This document shows, one piece after another, positions 44,499-54,067 of a stretch of DNA of 64,000 bases (positions are counted from its first letter, which is position 1; every line of letters starts with the position of its first letter). Below the pieces are notes generated by a model, which did no database searches, was not told the origin of the DNA, and saw nothing but the letters and a program-made list of their open reading frames with translations. The stretch lies in NCBI GenBank assembly GCA_963761305.1, contig CAVXGK010000002.1:896001-960000 (forward strand). The letters run 5' to 3'. The position numbers and the translations under genes were made by a program. The stretch is from an uncultured Gemmatimonadaceae bacterium. GTDB taxonomy: Bacteria; Gemmatimonadota; Gemmatimonadetes; Gemmatimonadales; Gemmatimonadaceae.

Positions 44499-45296
44499 GT
44501 GCTGAAAGCGCCCTGCTACGTCCTCTCCGACGCCCACCTGGGCTTCGCCGGCGCCGACGTCGAGCGCGCCGTGATCGCGTTTCTCCGCCACGTCGCCACG
44601 CACGCCGGTTCGCTGGTCGTGAATGGCGACCTCTTCGAGTTCTGGTTCGAGTGGCGAACGGTGATTCCGCGCGGCGCGTTCCGCGCGGTGGCCGCGCTCG
44701 CCGACGTCGTCGACGCCGGCGTACCGGTCCTGATGGTCGCGGGCAATCACGATTGCTGGGGCGGCGACGTCCTTCGGCGCGACATCGGCGTGGACTACCG
44801 GTTCGGTCCGATCGTCGAAGACGTGGCCGGTTGGCGCACGCACATCGAGCACGGCGACGGACTCCGTCCGCGCGAGGATCGACGGTATCGCGCGTTACGC
44901 CGCGTACTTCGCAACTCGTGGGCGATTCGCGCATTTCGATGGGTGCATCCGGACATCGCGACGCGCCTCGCGTCGGGGAGCTCGAACGCGAGCCGCAACT
45001 ATGCGGCGCGCGACCACGGTCGCGGACTTCACGTCGCCGCGGAACGGATCGCGGCGTCGCAGCCGTCGATCGAGCTGGTCCTCTTCGGACACTCGCACGT
45101 GGCCACACTCGAGCGCTTGAGCGGCGGCGCGGCGTACGCCAACGCGGGCTCGTGGCTCGACGCGCCGACCTTTCTCCGCATCACCGCCGACGAGATCGCG
45201 CTGCGCCGTTGGGAAACCGGATCGAGCGGATCAGCCGAGAGTGCGAATCTCGACGTTCTCCACCGCGCCACCCAGAAAGCGCTGACCAACGCGTAG
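44499..45296 (+). CDS. lpxH: UDP-2,3-diacylglucosamine diphosphatase (calcineurin-like)
   Basis: SDAHLG, GDLFEFW, GNHD, HGDG and GHSH metallophosphoesterase motifs. Confidence 0.85.
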   Translation: MLKAPCYVLSDAHLGFAGADVERAVIAFLRHVATHAGSLVVNGDLFEFWFEWRTVIPRGAFRAVAALADVVDAGVPVLMVAGNHDCWGGDVLRRDIGVDYRFGPIVEDVAGWRTHIEHGDGLRPREDRRYRALRRVLRNSWAIRAFRWVHPDIATRLASGSSNASRNYAARDHGRGLHVAAERIAASQPSIELVLFGHSHVATLERLSGGAAYANAGSWLDAPTFLRITADEIALRRWETGSSGSAESANLDVLHRATQKALTNA

Positions 45297-46034
45297 GAAT
45301 TGATCGGGATCGTCCGACGCGACGAACCGATACTCCGACTCCGACGCCGGCGGCGCCGCGAGCCCATCTCCCGCCAGCGTGCGCCCGGCCTCGGCGGCCG
45401 TCTCCTCGGCGCTGTCGATGAGTCGCACGCCCGAGCCCATCACCTCGCGCAGAAGCGGTTTGAGCAGCGGATAGTGCGTGCACCCGAGGACCAGCGTGTC
45501 GACGCCCGCCTCGACGACCGGCGCGAGATACTCGCGTGCGATGAGGCGCGTCGCCTCGTGATCGAGCCAGCCTTCCTCGACGATCGGAACGAAGAGCGGG
45601 CAGGCGCGCGCCGTCACTTGTGCGTCGGGCTTCAACGCGCAGATCGCGCGCTCGTACGCGCCGGACTTGATCGTCCCAGCCGTTCCGATGACGCCGATGC
45701 GGCCCGTCTTTGTCGCCGCCACGGCGGCGCGCGCGCCGGGTTCGACGACGCCGATCACCGGCAACGTGAGTTCGCTTCGCAACGTGCCGAGCGCGTGCGC
45801 CGTCGCGGTGTTGCAGGCGATCACGATCGCCTTGACGTCCTGTTCGGTGAGGAACGCCGCGATCTCGCGGCTGTAGCGTCGCACGGTGTCCGGGCTCTTC
45901 GGTCCGTACGGCACGCGCGCCGTGTCGCCGAAGTAGACGATGCTTTCGTGCGGCAACTGGCGGATGAGCTCGTGCACGACGGTGAGGCCGCCGATTCCCG
46001 AATCGAAGACGCCGATCGGTCGAGTGCTGGCCAT
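45231..46034 (-). CDS. murI: Glutamate racemase
   Basis: IGVFDSGIGGLTV, VPYGPKS, IACNTA, LGCTHYP. Confidence 0.96.
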   Translation of the reverse strand: MASTRPIGVFDSGIGGLTVVHELIRQLPHESIVYFGDTARVPYGPKSPDTVRRYSREIAAFLTEQDVKAIVIACNTATAHALGTLRSELTLPVIGVVEPGARAAVAATKTGRIGVIGTAGTIKSGAYERAICALKPDAQVTARACPLFVPIVEEGWLDHEATRLIAREYLAPVVEAGVDTLVLGCTHYPLLKPLLREVMGSGVRLIDSAEETAAEAGRTLAGDGLAAPPASESEYRFVASDDPDQFLRVGQRFLGGAVENVEIRTLG

Positions 46035-46615
46035 CAGCGTTGCAGCAACACGCCGATCGTGAACCCGTGGCCGCCGGCGGACGTGGACCGCATGCCCACG
46101 TGGATCGGGACGTCCCACAGGTGCGACGAGACGAACGCGTCGGCGCCGGCGAAGAGGTGATTGCCGACGAGCAGCGCCGCCCAGTCTTCGACGTGGGCTT
46201 CGCGCGTATGCACCTCCTGCGAGCTGAAACGCGGGGGCGACGTCGTGATGAGCGGCGTGCCCGACGGATCGACGTACGAGACGATGATCGTGTCGTTCGC
46301 CGTGCGGCGCGCCTCGTGAACGTCGGCGGCGGATTCGCGAATCATCGCGATGCAGACGGCTTCGATGAAGAGGAACGTCGCGGCGGCCTTGTGGCGGCCG
46401 AGCATCGACTGCGCCGAGCCCGGCACGAGAAACGACAACACGAACGCGCGGGTCGGACCGATCGGCGGCCGCAGCGAGTCGGGGGGCACGGTCGACAGCG
46501 ACCGAATCGGCTCGCGGGCGCCGGTCGAATCGGGCCGCTGCGCGCGTGCGGCCGCCGGCGCCGCCAGGGCGCCGATCGCCGCGCCGAGCGCGGCGCCGCG
46601 CCGGATGTTAGACAT
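46034..46615 (-). CDS. Hypothetical exported/membrane protein (DUF5683-like)
   Basis: Signal peptide, SFLVPGSAQ..LG, NHLFAGADAFVSSHL; stop overlaps the murI start. Confidence 0.7.
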   Translation of the reverse strand: MSNIRRGAALGAAIGALAAPAAARAQRPDSTGAREPIRSLSTVPPDSLRPPIGPTRAFVLSFLVPGSAQSMLGRHKAAATFLFIEAVCIAMIRESAADVHEARRTANDTIIVSYVDPSGTPLITTSPPRFSSQEVHTREAHVEDWAALLVGNHLFAGADAFVSSHLWDVPIHVGMRSTSAGGHGFTIGVLLQR

Positions 46616-46664
46616 CGAGAATGAATGCATCATGATGATCGCGGGTGTCGATCGATCGGCGTGC

Positions 46665-46763
46665 TGGCGGGAGTGCATGGGAATCGAACCCACCCAACCC
46701 GACAAAGGTCAGGTCGCAGACGGTTTTGAAGACCGCGAGAGCCACCAGGCTCCCTCCACTCCC
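46665..46763 (-). tRNA. selC: tRNA-Sec (TCA)
   Basis: 99 nt; GCGGT-CT TCA AA-ACCGT anticodon arm, 6-7 bp D-stem with TGGT loop, long variable arm, encoded CCA; directly after selD. Confidence 0.93.
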
Positions 46764-46792
46764 CTACTTCGCTTGTCTCGCTTGCCACATCG

Positions 46793-47827
46793 TCACGCGA
46801 GCACGAGACCACTGGCCTGGCGTTCCACGACGGTGCCGATCTCGACGCCTTCCGGCACGAGCGAAAGGTATTGGTCGACGACGGCCGACGGCACGGCGAC
46901 GAGCAAACCGCCCGACGTCTGCGGATCCATCGCCAGCGCGCGTGAAAACGCCGACGACGTTCGCCATTCTACCCGGCACTCGAGGTAGCGTTCGTTCCGC
47001 TCGGAGCCACTCGTCGTCACGCCGCGCTCCCATGCGTCGCGGGCACCGGGCAAGACGGGCAGCCGCTCGGACTCGATGACGAGCGTCACATGGCTCGCGT
47101 CGGCGATGTGGCTGGCATGGCCGAGCAATCCGAAGCCGGTGATGTCCGTCGCGCAGCGGGCGCCGACCGCGACGGCGCCCCGGCTCGCGCCGCCGTTGAG
47201 CTTCGTCATCGACGCGATCAGGCCGTTGGTTTCACGATCGCCGAGCTCACCGCGCTTCGCCGCCGTCGAAAGGATGGCGGTGCCGAGCGGTTTGGTGAGA
47301 ATCAAGCGATCGCCGACTTTTGCGTTGGCGTTGCTGAGCATCTTCTTCGGGTCGACGCGGCCGGTCACCGAGAGGCCGAACTTGAGCTCATCGTCGATGA
47401 TGGTGTGTCCGCCGACGACCAGCGCGCCGGCTTCGTGGACCTTGTCCTGCCCGCCGCGCAGCACGTCGGTAAGCACGTCGAGCGAGAGACGATTGGCGGG
47501 AAACCCGACGATGTTGAGCGCCGTGAGCGGCTCGCCGCCCATCGCGTAGACGTCGGAGAGCGCATTTGCCGCGGCGACCTGGCCGAACGAGTAGGGATCG
47601 TCGACGATCGGCGCGAAGAAGTCGACCGTCTGCACCAGCGCGAGATCTTCCGACACCTGGAACACACCCGCGTCGTCGAACGTCTCGCGTCCGACGAGCA
47701 GCCGCGGATCGAAGCGCACCGGCACGCCGGCGAGCGCCTGCGAGAGATCCAGATGGCCGAGCTTCGCGGCGCATCCGGCGCAGCGCGCGAAGCTCGTGAG
47801 GCGCGTGGTCGTGTCCTGCGCGATCAT
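46793..47827 (-). CDS. selD: Selenide, water dikinase (Cys-type)
   Basis: CAGCAAK, DDAGV, QTVDFF.PIVDDP..FG..AAANALSDVYAMGG, DPQTSGGLL. Confidence 0.95.
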   Translation of the reverse strand: MIAQDTTTRLTSFARCAGCAAKLGHLDLSQALAGVPVRFDPRLLVGRETFDDAGVFQVSEDLALVQTVDFFAPIVDDPYSFGQVAAANALSDVYAMGGEPLTALNIVGFPANRLSLDVLTDVLRGGQDKVHEAGALVVGGHTIIDDELKFGLSVTGRVDPKKMLSNANAKVGDRLILTKPLGTAILSTAAKRGELGDRETNGLIASMTKLNGGASRGAVAVGARCATDITGFGLLGHASHIADASHVTLVIESERLPVLPGARDAWERGVTTSGSERNERYLECRVEWRTSSAFSRALAMDPQTSGGLLVAVPSAVVDQYLSLVPEGVEIGTVVERQASGLVLA

Positions 47828-48207
47828 GGAACGGCGACGACCGCGTCGATCTCGACGAGCACGCCGCGCGGCAGTGCCGACACCTGGACCGTGGAACGCG
47901 CGGGCCGCGCTTCGCCCAAAGCCTTGCCGTACACCTCGTTCACGACGGGAAAGTCGCCCATGTCGTGAAGAAACACGGTCGTCTTGACGACATCCTTCCA
48001 CGTCGCGTTCACTGTGGCGAGGACCGCGGCGAGGTTTGCCATCACGCGCTCGGTCTGCGTCGCTACGTCGCCGGCCACGATCTGGCCGGTCGCCGGATCG
48101 ATGGCGATCTGGCCGGCGGTGAACAGGAATCCGTTGGCGACGATGCCCTGCGAGTACGGTCCGATCGCCGCGGGCGCGGCGTTCGTGTGCACGGTCTTCA
48201 CGCTCAC
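47824..48207 (-). CDS. ridA: RidA/YjgF family enamine deaminase
   Basis: APAAIGPYSQ, AGQI, VNEVY, PARSTVQVSALP...LVEI. Confidence 0.92.
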   Translation of the reverse strand: MSVKTVHTNAAPAAIGPYSQGIVANGFLFTAGQIAIDPATGQIVAGDVATQTERVMANLAAVLATVNATWKDVVKTTVFLHDMGDFPVVNEVYGKALGEARPARSTVQVSALPRGVLVEIDAVVAVP

Positions 48208-48998
48208 GAATGATTCTCCAGAGAGATGGACAGTCCGAACAACCGGGCGGCGTTTCGTGCGGTGACTTCACCGAGCGTCGCCGGATCGACGCCGCGAACG
48301 GCCGCGACGCGCGCGACGGTCAAGCTAACCCACGCCGGTTCGTTTCGCCGACCACGGTACGGAACGGGCGCGAGGTACGGTGAATCCGATTCGACGAGCA
48401 ATCGATCGGCCGGCACGAGCCGAATGACGTCGTCGCGGTCCCACTTCTTGAACGTCACGATGCCGCTGAATGAAACGTACCAACCGGCGGCAAGCGTCGC
48501 CTCGGCGAGCGGCGCAGTCCCGGTGTAGCAATGCAGCACGCCGCGCACCCCGGCCGAACCCGCCTCCACGATCATGGCGCGGGTGTCGTCTTCGGCCTCG
48601 CGCGTGTGGACGACGACGGGCCGATCGAGCTCGCGGGCCAGCGAGAGTTGCGCGGCGAGCGTGCGCCGCTGCGCCAGGCGCGGCGAGTGGTCGTAGTGGT
48701 AGTCGAGCCCGCACTCGCCGACGGCCACGGCGCCTCGGCGTGCCAGATCTCTCAACGCCGCGGAGTCGCGTGTGTCGTCGAAATCGGCGGCGTCGTGCGG
48801 ATGGACGCCGGCCGTGAACCAGACGAACCCGGGATGCGCCGCCGACAACGTCGCCGCGCGCTCGGCGGCGGCGATGGACTCGCCGATGCACACGACGCCG
48901 ATCGCGCCGGCCGCGCGCGCGTTCTCGACGGCCAGCTCGCGATCCGCATCGAACGCCGGATCGGCCAGGTGGGCGTGGCTGTCGAGAAACGTCACCAT
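48204..48998 (-). CDS. tatD: TatD family hydrolase
   Basis: DSHAHL, GVHPH, GECGLDY, HTREA, HCYTG, ESDSPYLAP. Confidence 0.92.
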   Translation of the reverse strand: MVTFLDSHAHLADPAFDADRELAVENARAAGAIGVVCIGESIAAAERAATLSAAHPGFVWFTAGVHPHDAADFDDTRDSAALRDLARRGAVAVGECGLDYHYDHSPRLAQRRTLAAQLSLARELDRPVVVHTREAEDDTRAMIVEAGSAGVRGVLHCYTGTAPLAEATLAAGWYVSFSGIVTFKKWDRDDVIRLVPADRLLVESDSPYLAPVPYRGRRNEPAWVSLTVARVAAVRGVDPATLGEVTARNAARLFGLSISLENHS

Positions 48999-49041
48999 GA
49001 AAAAACGAACCGCCGCGCGAGGCGGCGGTTCGAGTACGACG

Positions 49042-50055
49042 TCATCGCGTTCCGACGGGTGTCGGCCGCTCGCGTCGCCGCTCCTCGGCGAGGGCACGCG
49101 TCGTTCCCTTCTGCTGAGGCCCATTGGTTCGCGGCCAGCGGTGCTCGATGTACAGAAGAATCGCGCCGGCGACGTAGATCGAGCTGAACGTTCCGGTGAA
49201 CACGCCGAACGCCATGATCCACGAGAACGGGCGTATGACTTCACCCGCAAAAAAGAGCAGCGAGAGCGTCGCGGCGAACACGGTGGCGTGCGTCAGCACC
49301 GAGCGCGGGAGCGTCTCGTTGATCGAGCGATTCAATACCTCGCGCAGCGATTCCTTGCGCTGCTTCTTCAGATTCTCACGCACACGATCGAAGATGATGA
49401 TCGTGTCGTTGAGCGAGTAGCCGATCACGGTGAGGATGGCGGCGACGACGGTGAGCGAGATCTCGAGGCGCATCATGGCGAGGAACGCCAGCGTCGTGAG
49501 GATATCGTGCGCCGTGGCAATCGTGGCAGCGACGCCGAAGCGCCACTCGAACCGGATCGCCAAGTAGATCAGCGTGACGAGAAACGAAAGGAGAATCGCC
49601 GTGATCGCCTTCGTCTTGAGCTCGGACCCGACGGAGGAACCGACCGACTCGGCGCGCACCACTTTGCCCGGATCGTTGGGCAGACGCTGTTTGAGAACGC
49701 CGACGATGTGCGCTCCGACGCTGTCCGCGTTCGCCGCCGCGGCGACGCCTTCGACCGGCGGCACTTTGACGAGGAAAGTATGCGCGTCGCCGAATGTCGT
49801 GACTTCGGAGCCGGAGAATCCGGCCTCGTCCACGGATGAGCGGACGACGTCAGGGGGCGCGTCCTGGGCGAACTCGATCTGCACCACCGTGCCGCCGAGG
49901 AACTCGACGCTCTCGTTCAGCGCCTTGCCGTTGTGCCGCGCGGCGTGAACGACGAGGAGCACCAGGCCGAGCGCGATGAACGCGACCGTGCCGATGGCGG
50001 CCGTCTTCCAGTACTTGATGAAATCGATCTTGGTGTCGTGAAGAATGCGCAGCAT
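49042..50055 (-). CDS. secF: Protein translocase subunit SecF
   Basis: EFLGG, HD, IGYSLNDTIIIFDRVRE, RSINETLPRS. Confidence 0.95.
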   Translation of the reverse strand: MLRILHDTKIDFIKYWKTAAIGTVAFIALGLVLLVVHAARHNGKALNESVEFLGGTVVQIEFAQDAPPDVVRSSVDEAGFSGSEVTTFGDAHTFLVKVPPVEGVAAAANADSVGAHIVGVLKQRLPNDPGKVVRAESVGSSVGSELKTKAITAILLSFLVTLIYLAIRFEWRFGVAATIATAHDILTTLAFLAMMRLEISLTVVAAILTVIGYSLNDTIIIFDRVRENLKKQRKESLREVLNRSINETLPRSVLTHATVFAATLSLLFFAGEVIRPFSWIMAFGVFTGTFSSIYVAGAILLYIEHRWPRTNGPQQKGTTRALAEERRRERPTPVGTR

Positions 50056-50065
50056 GAAGTGACCC

Positions 50066-51802
50066 TTAGATGCTCAGTGTCTGGGCACCGCGCGAGCGGT
50101 TGAGCCAGATCATGTAGAAGGTGCGAACGACGAAGATCGAGGTGAACAGCGACGCGGCGATGCCCGCGATCAGCGTGACGGCGAAGCCTTTCACCGGACC
50201 GGTGCCGTACTGGTAGAGCACCGCGGCGGTGAGGATGGTGGATACGTTGGAGTCGACGATGGCCGGCATCGCGTGGCGGAATCCTTCATCGATCGCCGTC
50301 CGCACCGTCTTGCCGCGGGCGAGCTCCTCGCGAATGCGCTCGAAGATCAGCACGTTGGCGTCGACCGCGATACCAATCGAGAGCACGAAGCCGGCGATTC
50401 CCGGCAGCGTGAGCACCGCGTCGAACCCGGCGAGCGCTGCCAGTGTGTACAGCACGTAGAGTCCCAGCGCGAGCACGGCGAGCATGCCCGAGAATCGGTA
50501 GTAGACGAGCATGATGATCACGACCAGGCTCACCGCGATGAGCGATGCGCGAAGGCCCTTGTTGATCGAGTCCTGGCCGAGGCTCGGCCCGATGCTGTGC
50601 ACTTCGGCGACACGCAGCCGGACGGGCAGCGCGCCCGCTCGCAGTACGAGCGCCAGATCCTGCGCGTCGGCGAGCGACTTGCCGCCCATCGTGATCTGCC
50701 CGCGCGTCGAGATCGCGCTCTGAATCACGGGCGGGCGTCCCATCACGCGATCGTCGAGGATGATCGCCATGTAGTCGCCCACGTGCTTGCCCGTTTCGTT
50801 ACGGAAGCGCCGGCCGCCTTCGTTGCTCAGCGTGAACTCGACGACGGTGCCCTCGAGCGCCGCCTGGTTCGGCCGCGCGTCGGTGAGGTAGTCGCCGGTG
50901 ATGATCGGCTTCGAATCGACGAGATAGTACGCCTTGTACAGCTTGCCGCCGAGAAACGCCGAGTCGGTGCCCTGAAGGAAATCCTTGCCCGGCGGCATGG
51001 CCGACTTTACGGCGGAGTCGGCGAGGTAGCCATCGAGCGTCGGCACGTTGTCCGCGGCGACGTAGAAACCGCCGGGCGTGTCGCCCTGCTGGAGCAAGCT
51101 CGAGAACGCGCCGCCCGCCTGGAGCTTGAGCGAGTCCGCGTTGAGCGTGTCCTTCTTGGTCGTGTCCTTCTTTGCCGCGCCCTTGCCGCCGGCCGCGAGC
51201 TTCTTCGCCGAATCCGTCTTGCCCAGCGGCAACTCGACTTTCTTGGACGTGTCAGCCTGGGTCAGAAGACCCTGCAACCCCTTCGACGCGCTCGTCGCGG
51301 CCGCGGACGTGGTGTCCGACTTTCGGCCGAGTCCACGCGATTTGACGAGCTGATCGAGCTTCGGCAGGTCGCGTTCGAGCGCCTGCGATTTGTCGGTGAT
51401 CTTGAACTGAAGGTACGCCTGCTCTTCCACGAGCTTGCGCGCGCGCTCCGGATCTTGAATGCCCGGAATCTGAACGACGATGCGGTCCTTCCCCTGCTTC
51501 TGCACGACCGACCCGGAGACGCCGTAGCCATCGATACGCGAGCGAACCGTCTTGAGCGCGCGGTCGATCGCTTCGGCCTTGTCGGAGGCCGCGATGGCCT
51601 GCTTCGAATCGTCCACCTCGAGCGCGAGGTAGGTGCCGCCCTTGAGGTCGAGTCCCCGTTGCAGCGGAACGTGTCGAGCGGTTTCGTCGTGGAGGACGCC
51701 GTCGGCACCGCGGACGCGCGTGGTGACGTCACGCGGGAAGAGCAGATACGCCGACACGAGACACAGGGCGACGATGATGGAGATGCGATACTTCAGGGGC
51801 AT
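50066..51802 (-). CDS. secD: Protein translocase subunit SecD
   Basis: GLDLKGG, LRAGALP, GPSLG, AVDANVLIFERIREE, DSNVST. Confidence 0.95.
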   Translation of the reverse strand: MPLKYRISIIVALCLVSAYLLFPRDVTTRVRGADGVLHDETARHVPLQRGLDLKGGTYLALEVDDSKQAIAASDKAEAIDRALKTVRSRIDGYGVSGSVVQKQGKDRIVVQIPGIQDPERARKLVEEQAYLQFKITDKSQALERDLPKLDQLVKSRGLGRKSDTTSAAATSASKGLQGLLTQADTSKKVELPLGKTDSAKKLAAGGKGAAKKDTTKKDTLNADSLKLQAGGAFSSLLQQGDTPGGFYVAADNVPTLDGYLADSAVKSAMPPGKDFLQGTDSAFLGGKLYKAYYLVDSKPIITGDYLTDARPNQAALEGTVVEFTLSNEGGRRFRNETGKHVGDYMAIILDDRVMGRPPVIQSAISTRGQITMGGKSLADAQDLALVLRAGALPVRLRVAEVHSIGPSLGQDSINKGLRASLIAVSLVVIIMLVYYRFSGMLAVLALGLYVLYTLAALAGFDAVLTLPGIAGFVLSIGIAVDANVLIFERIREELARGKTVRTAIDEGFRHAMPAIVDSNVSTILTAAVLYQYGTGPVKGFAVTLIAGIAASLFTSIFVVRTFYMIWLNRSRGAQTLSI

Positions 51803-51840
51803 ACGAACCGCGGGTGGAGGGTTGGTTTGCGAAGCCTTTA

Positions 51841-51869
51841 ACGTTAACTGGCTCTTACGCTTGCGTCAA
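51841..51869 (-). promoter_or_regulatory. Putative sigma70 promoter of secDF
   Basis: TTGACG-17 bp-TAACGT; the -35 lies in the last codons of ribF. Confidence 0.6.
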
Positions 51870-52814
51870 CGCGCGACGAGCCATATCGGCGTCGCGGCCC
51901 AGCTGGGTCACGAGCGCGTCGACCGAGTCGAATTTCGTGGTGTCCCGCAAGCGTGCGACGAGCTCGACGTTGACGGAGTCGCCGTACCAGTCGCCGGTCG
52001 CACCGAAGAGGTGGACCTCGAGGAGGCGATCGAACTCGCCGAAGGTTGGACGTGGACCGAGGTTCATCATGCCGTCGAATGAGCCGCGCGCGGAGTGGGC
52101 GCGGACCGCGTATACCCCGGCCGGCGGAAGAAGTTTGCGCGCCGAGCCGAGCTCCAGATTGAGCGTCGGGTAGCCGAGATCGCGGCCGCGCTGCTGGCCC
52201 GGCACGACCTCGCCGCGAAATCCGTAGTGGCGACCCAGTCCCGCGCGGGCCTGGCGCAGATCTCCGTGCGCAACCGCCGTGCGAATCGCGCTCGACGAGA
52301 CCGGCACGCCGCTCGAGTCGTTCGTGGGCGGCACGACGTCCACGTCGAATCCGACCTCGCGCCCCATGCCGGCCAGGAAGCGCGCATCGCCGCTCCGTCC
52401 CCGTCCCAACCCGTGATCGTAGCCGATGACCAGCCGTCGCACGCGGTACCGCCGCACGAGCAGATCGCGCACGAACGACTCCGCCGAGTACGCCGCGAGC
52501 GCCCGCGTGAACGGCAGCGCGGCGACGAGGAGCGGGCCGCTGTCGGCGAGGGCGTCGAGTTGTTCCTCACCAGGCGTCAACAGCATTGGCGCCGCGGCCG
52601 GATTCACGACCTCGAGCGGGTGCGGACGAAACGTGACGAGCAGCGCCGGGCACGACGATTGGCTCGCGTGCTCCTGCAGACGCCGCAGAATGTCGCGGTG
52701 GCCGAGATGGACGCCGTCGAACGTGCCGACGGTGACGACGGCACCGGCCGCCAGTTGGGGAAATCCGCTCACGTCTTCCGGCGCGCTCACGACGCGCGCG
52801 TCGTCACTCGGCAT
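51855..52814 (-). CDS. ribF: Bifunctional riboflavin kinase/FAD synthetase
   Basis: GTFDGVHLGH, VSSSAIR, GRDLGYPTLN, G.RPTF, EVHLF. Confidence 0.95.
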   Translation of the reverse strand: MPSDDARVVSAPEDVSGFPQLAAGAVVTVGTFDGVHLGHRDILRRLQEHASQSSCPALLVTFRPHPLEVVNPAAAPMLLTPGEEQLDALADSGPLLVAALPFTRALAAYSAESFVRDLLVRRYRVRRLVIGYDHGLGRGRSGDARFLAGMGREVGFDVDVVPPTNDSSGVPVSSSAIRTAVAHGDLRQARAGLGRHYGFRGEVVPGQQRGRDLGYPTLNLELGSARKLLPPAGVYAVRAHSARGSFDGMMNLGPRPTFGEFDRLLEVHLFGATGDWYGDSVNVELVARLRDTTKFDSVDALVTQLGRDADMARRALTQA

Positions 52815-53676
52815 CGCGCAACACGGTCTTGGGGCGGAGCTCGTCGCCATGACGGGCGGCGATCGCCACCAGCGAACCGGCGTCGTCGAGCAGCGAGACC
52901 AGCTCGGCGTCGACTCTCGCCGGCACGGCGTTGCCATGCGAGACGCGAGCGAGCTCCGCGTCGGTCACGCTCTGAGCCGGCAGGTGCGGCACCGCGTCGA
53001 GCGAGCCGCGCAGCGTCGCGACGCCATTGACGATGTCGTCGAGCGACTGTGCGTCGTCCACTGAGAACGTGCCGCTCCGCGCGCGGCGCAGCGCGACGAG
53101 ATGGGCGGCACTCCCGGCCGCACGACCGAGGTCGCGCGCGAGGGCGCGCACGTAGGTGCCTCCGCCACAGGTGATGCGGGCGCGCACGTCGCTGCCCTCT
53201 CGCCCGAGCAGCCGCCATTCGTGCACGACGACGCGCACCGGCGAGAGCTCGAGCGGCGCGCCACGCCGCGCCGCAGCGTAGGCGCGGACGCCATCTACGC
53301 TCTTCGCGGAATAGTCCGGAGGCAGTTGATCGATCTCTCCGGTGAGCTGTTCCACGCCGCGCGCGATGGCCGCGTCGTCGGGCAGATCGGCGCGACGAAC
53401 GACGACGCCCGTCGCGTCGTCGGTGTCCGTTTCCTCGCCGAAGCGAATCGTCGCCTCGTAGACCTTGGGTTCGCCGTCGACGTACGGAATCAGCCGCGTC
53501 GCGCGGCCGAGGAGCACGACGAGCAACCCGGTGGCGAATGGATCGAGCGTGCCGGCGTGTCCGGCGCGTCGCGTGCCGGTCGCCCGACGGACGACAGCCA
53601 CGACGTCGTGCGAGGTCATGCCCGCCGGCTTGTCGACGAGCGCGAGCCCGCAGACGTCAGTCGTCCGCGTCTCCAT
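52804..53676 (-). CDS. truB: tRNA pseudouridine(55) synthase
   Basis: DKPAGMTSHDVV, GHAGTLDPFATG, PP.YSA, GTYVRALARD. Confidence 0.96.
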   Translation of the reverse strand: METRTTDVCGLALVDKPAGMTSHDVVAVVRRATGTRRAGHAGTLDPFATGLLVVLLGRATRLIPYVDGEPKVYEATIRFGEETDTDDATGVVVRRADLPDDAAIARGVEQLTGEIDQLPPDYSAKSVDGVRAYAAARRGAPLELSPVRVVVHEWRLLGREGSDVRARITCGGGTYVRALARDLGRAAGSAAHLVALRRARSGTFSVDDAQSLDDIVNGVATLRGSLDAVPHLPAQSVTDAELARVSHGNAVPARVDAELVSLLDDAGSLVAIAARHGDELRPKTVLRDAE

Positions 53677-54046
53677 CGGGAGCGGGGGGCGTCGTTCCGT
53701 CCTTGATCTGCGAGAGCAACGTCTCGATGCGGGCGGCGCGTTCGACGCTCTCGTCCGCGACGAACACGATCTCCGGCGCGAGACGAAGGTGCAGCGCACG
53801 ACCGACGTGCGCCCGCAGATGCGTCGCGACGCTCGCCAGCCCCTCGAACGTCGCTTTGCGATCGGTCTCGCTGCCCATCACGCTGACGAACACCTTCGCA
53901 TGGCGCAGGTCGCGCGTGACCTGCGCGCCCGTGACGGTCACGAGACGGGTGATGCGCGGGTCCTTCGCCTGTTCGGCGAGGAACGTCGCTACTTCCTCAC
54001 GAATCGCTTCGGCCACGCGGTCGGCGCGGCGATGGTCGGCGGCCAC
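53657..54046 (-). CDS. rbfA: Ribosome-binding factor A
   Basis: RVAEAIREE, KDPRI, DLRHAKVFVS, PEIVFVADES. Confidence 0.95.
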   Translation of the reverse strand: MAADHRRADRVAEAIREEVATFLAEQAKDPRITRLVTVTGAQVTRDLRHAKVFVSVMGSETDRKATFEGLASVATHLRAHVGRALHLRLAPEIVFVADESVERAARIETLLSQIKDGTTPPAPDGDADD

Positions 54047-54067
54047 GTTAGCACTCTCGGGCGAAGG

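Noticed and set aside
46793..47827. Possible UGA-recoded selenoprotein near selC
   Set aside because: SelD uses TGC codons, and no neighbouring gene shows an in-frame TGA interrupting a recognisable domain.
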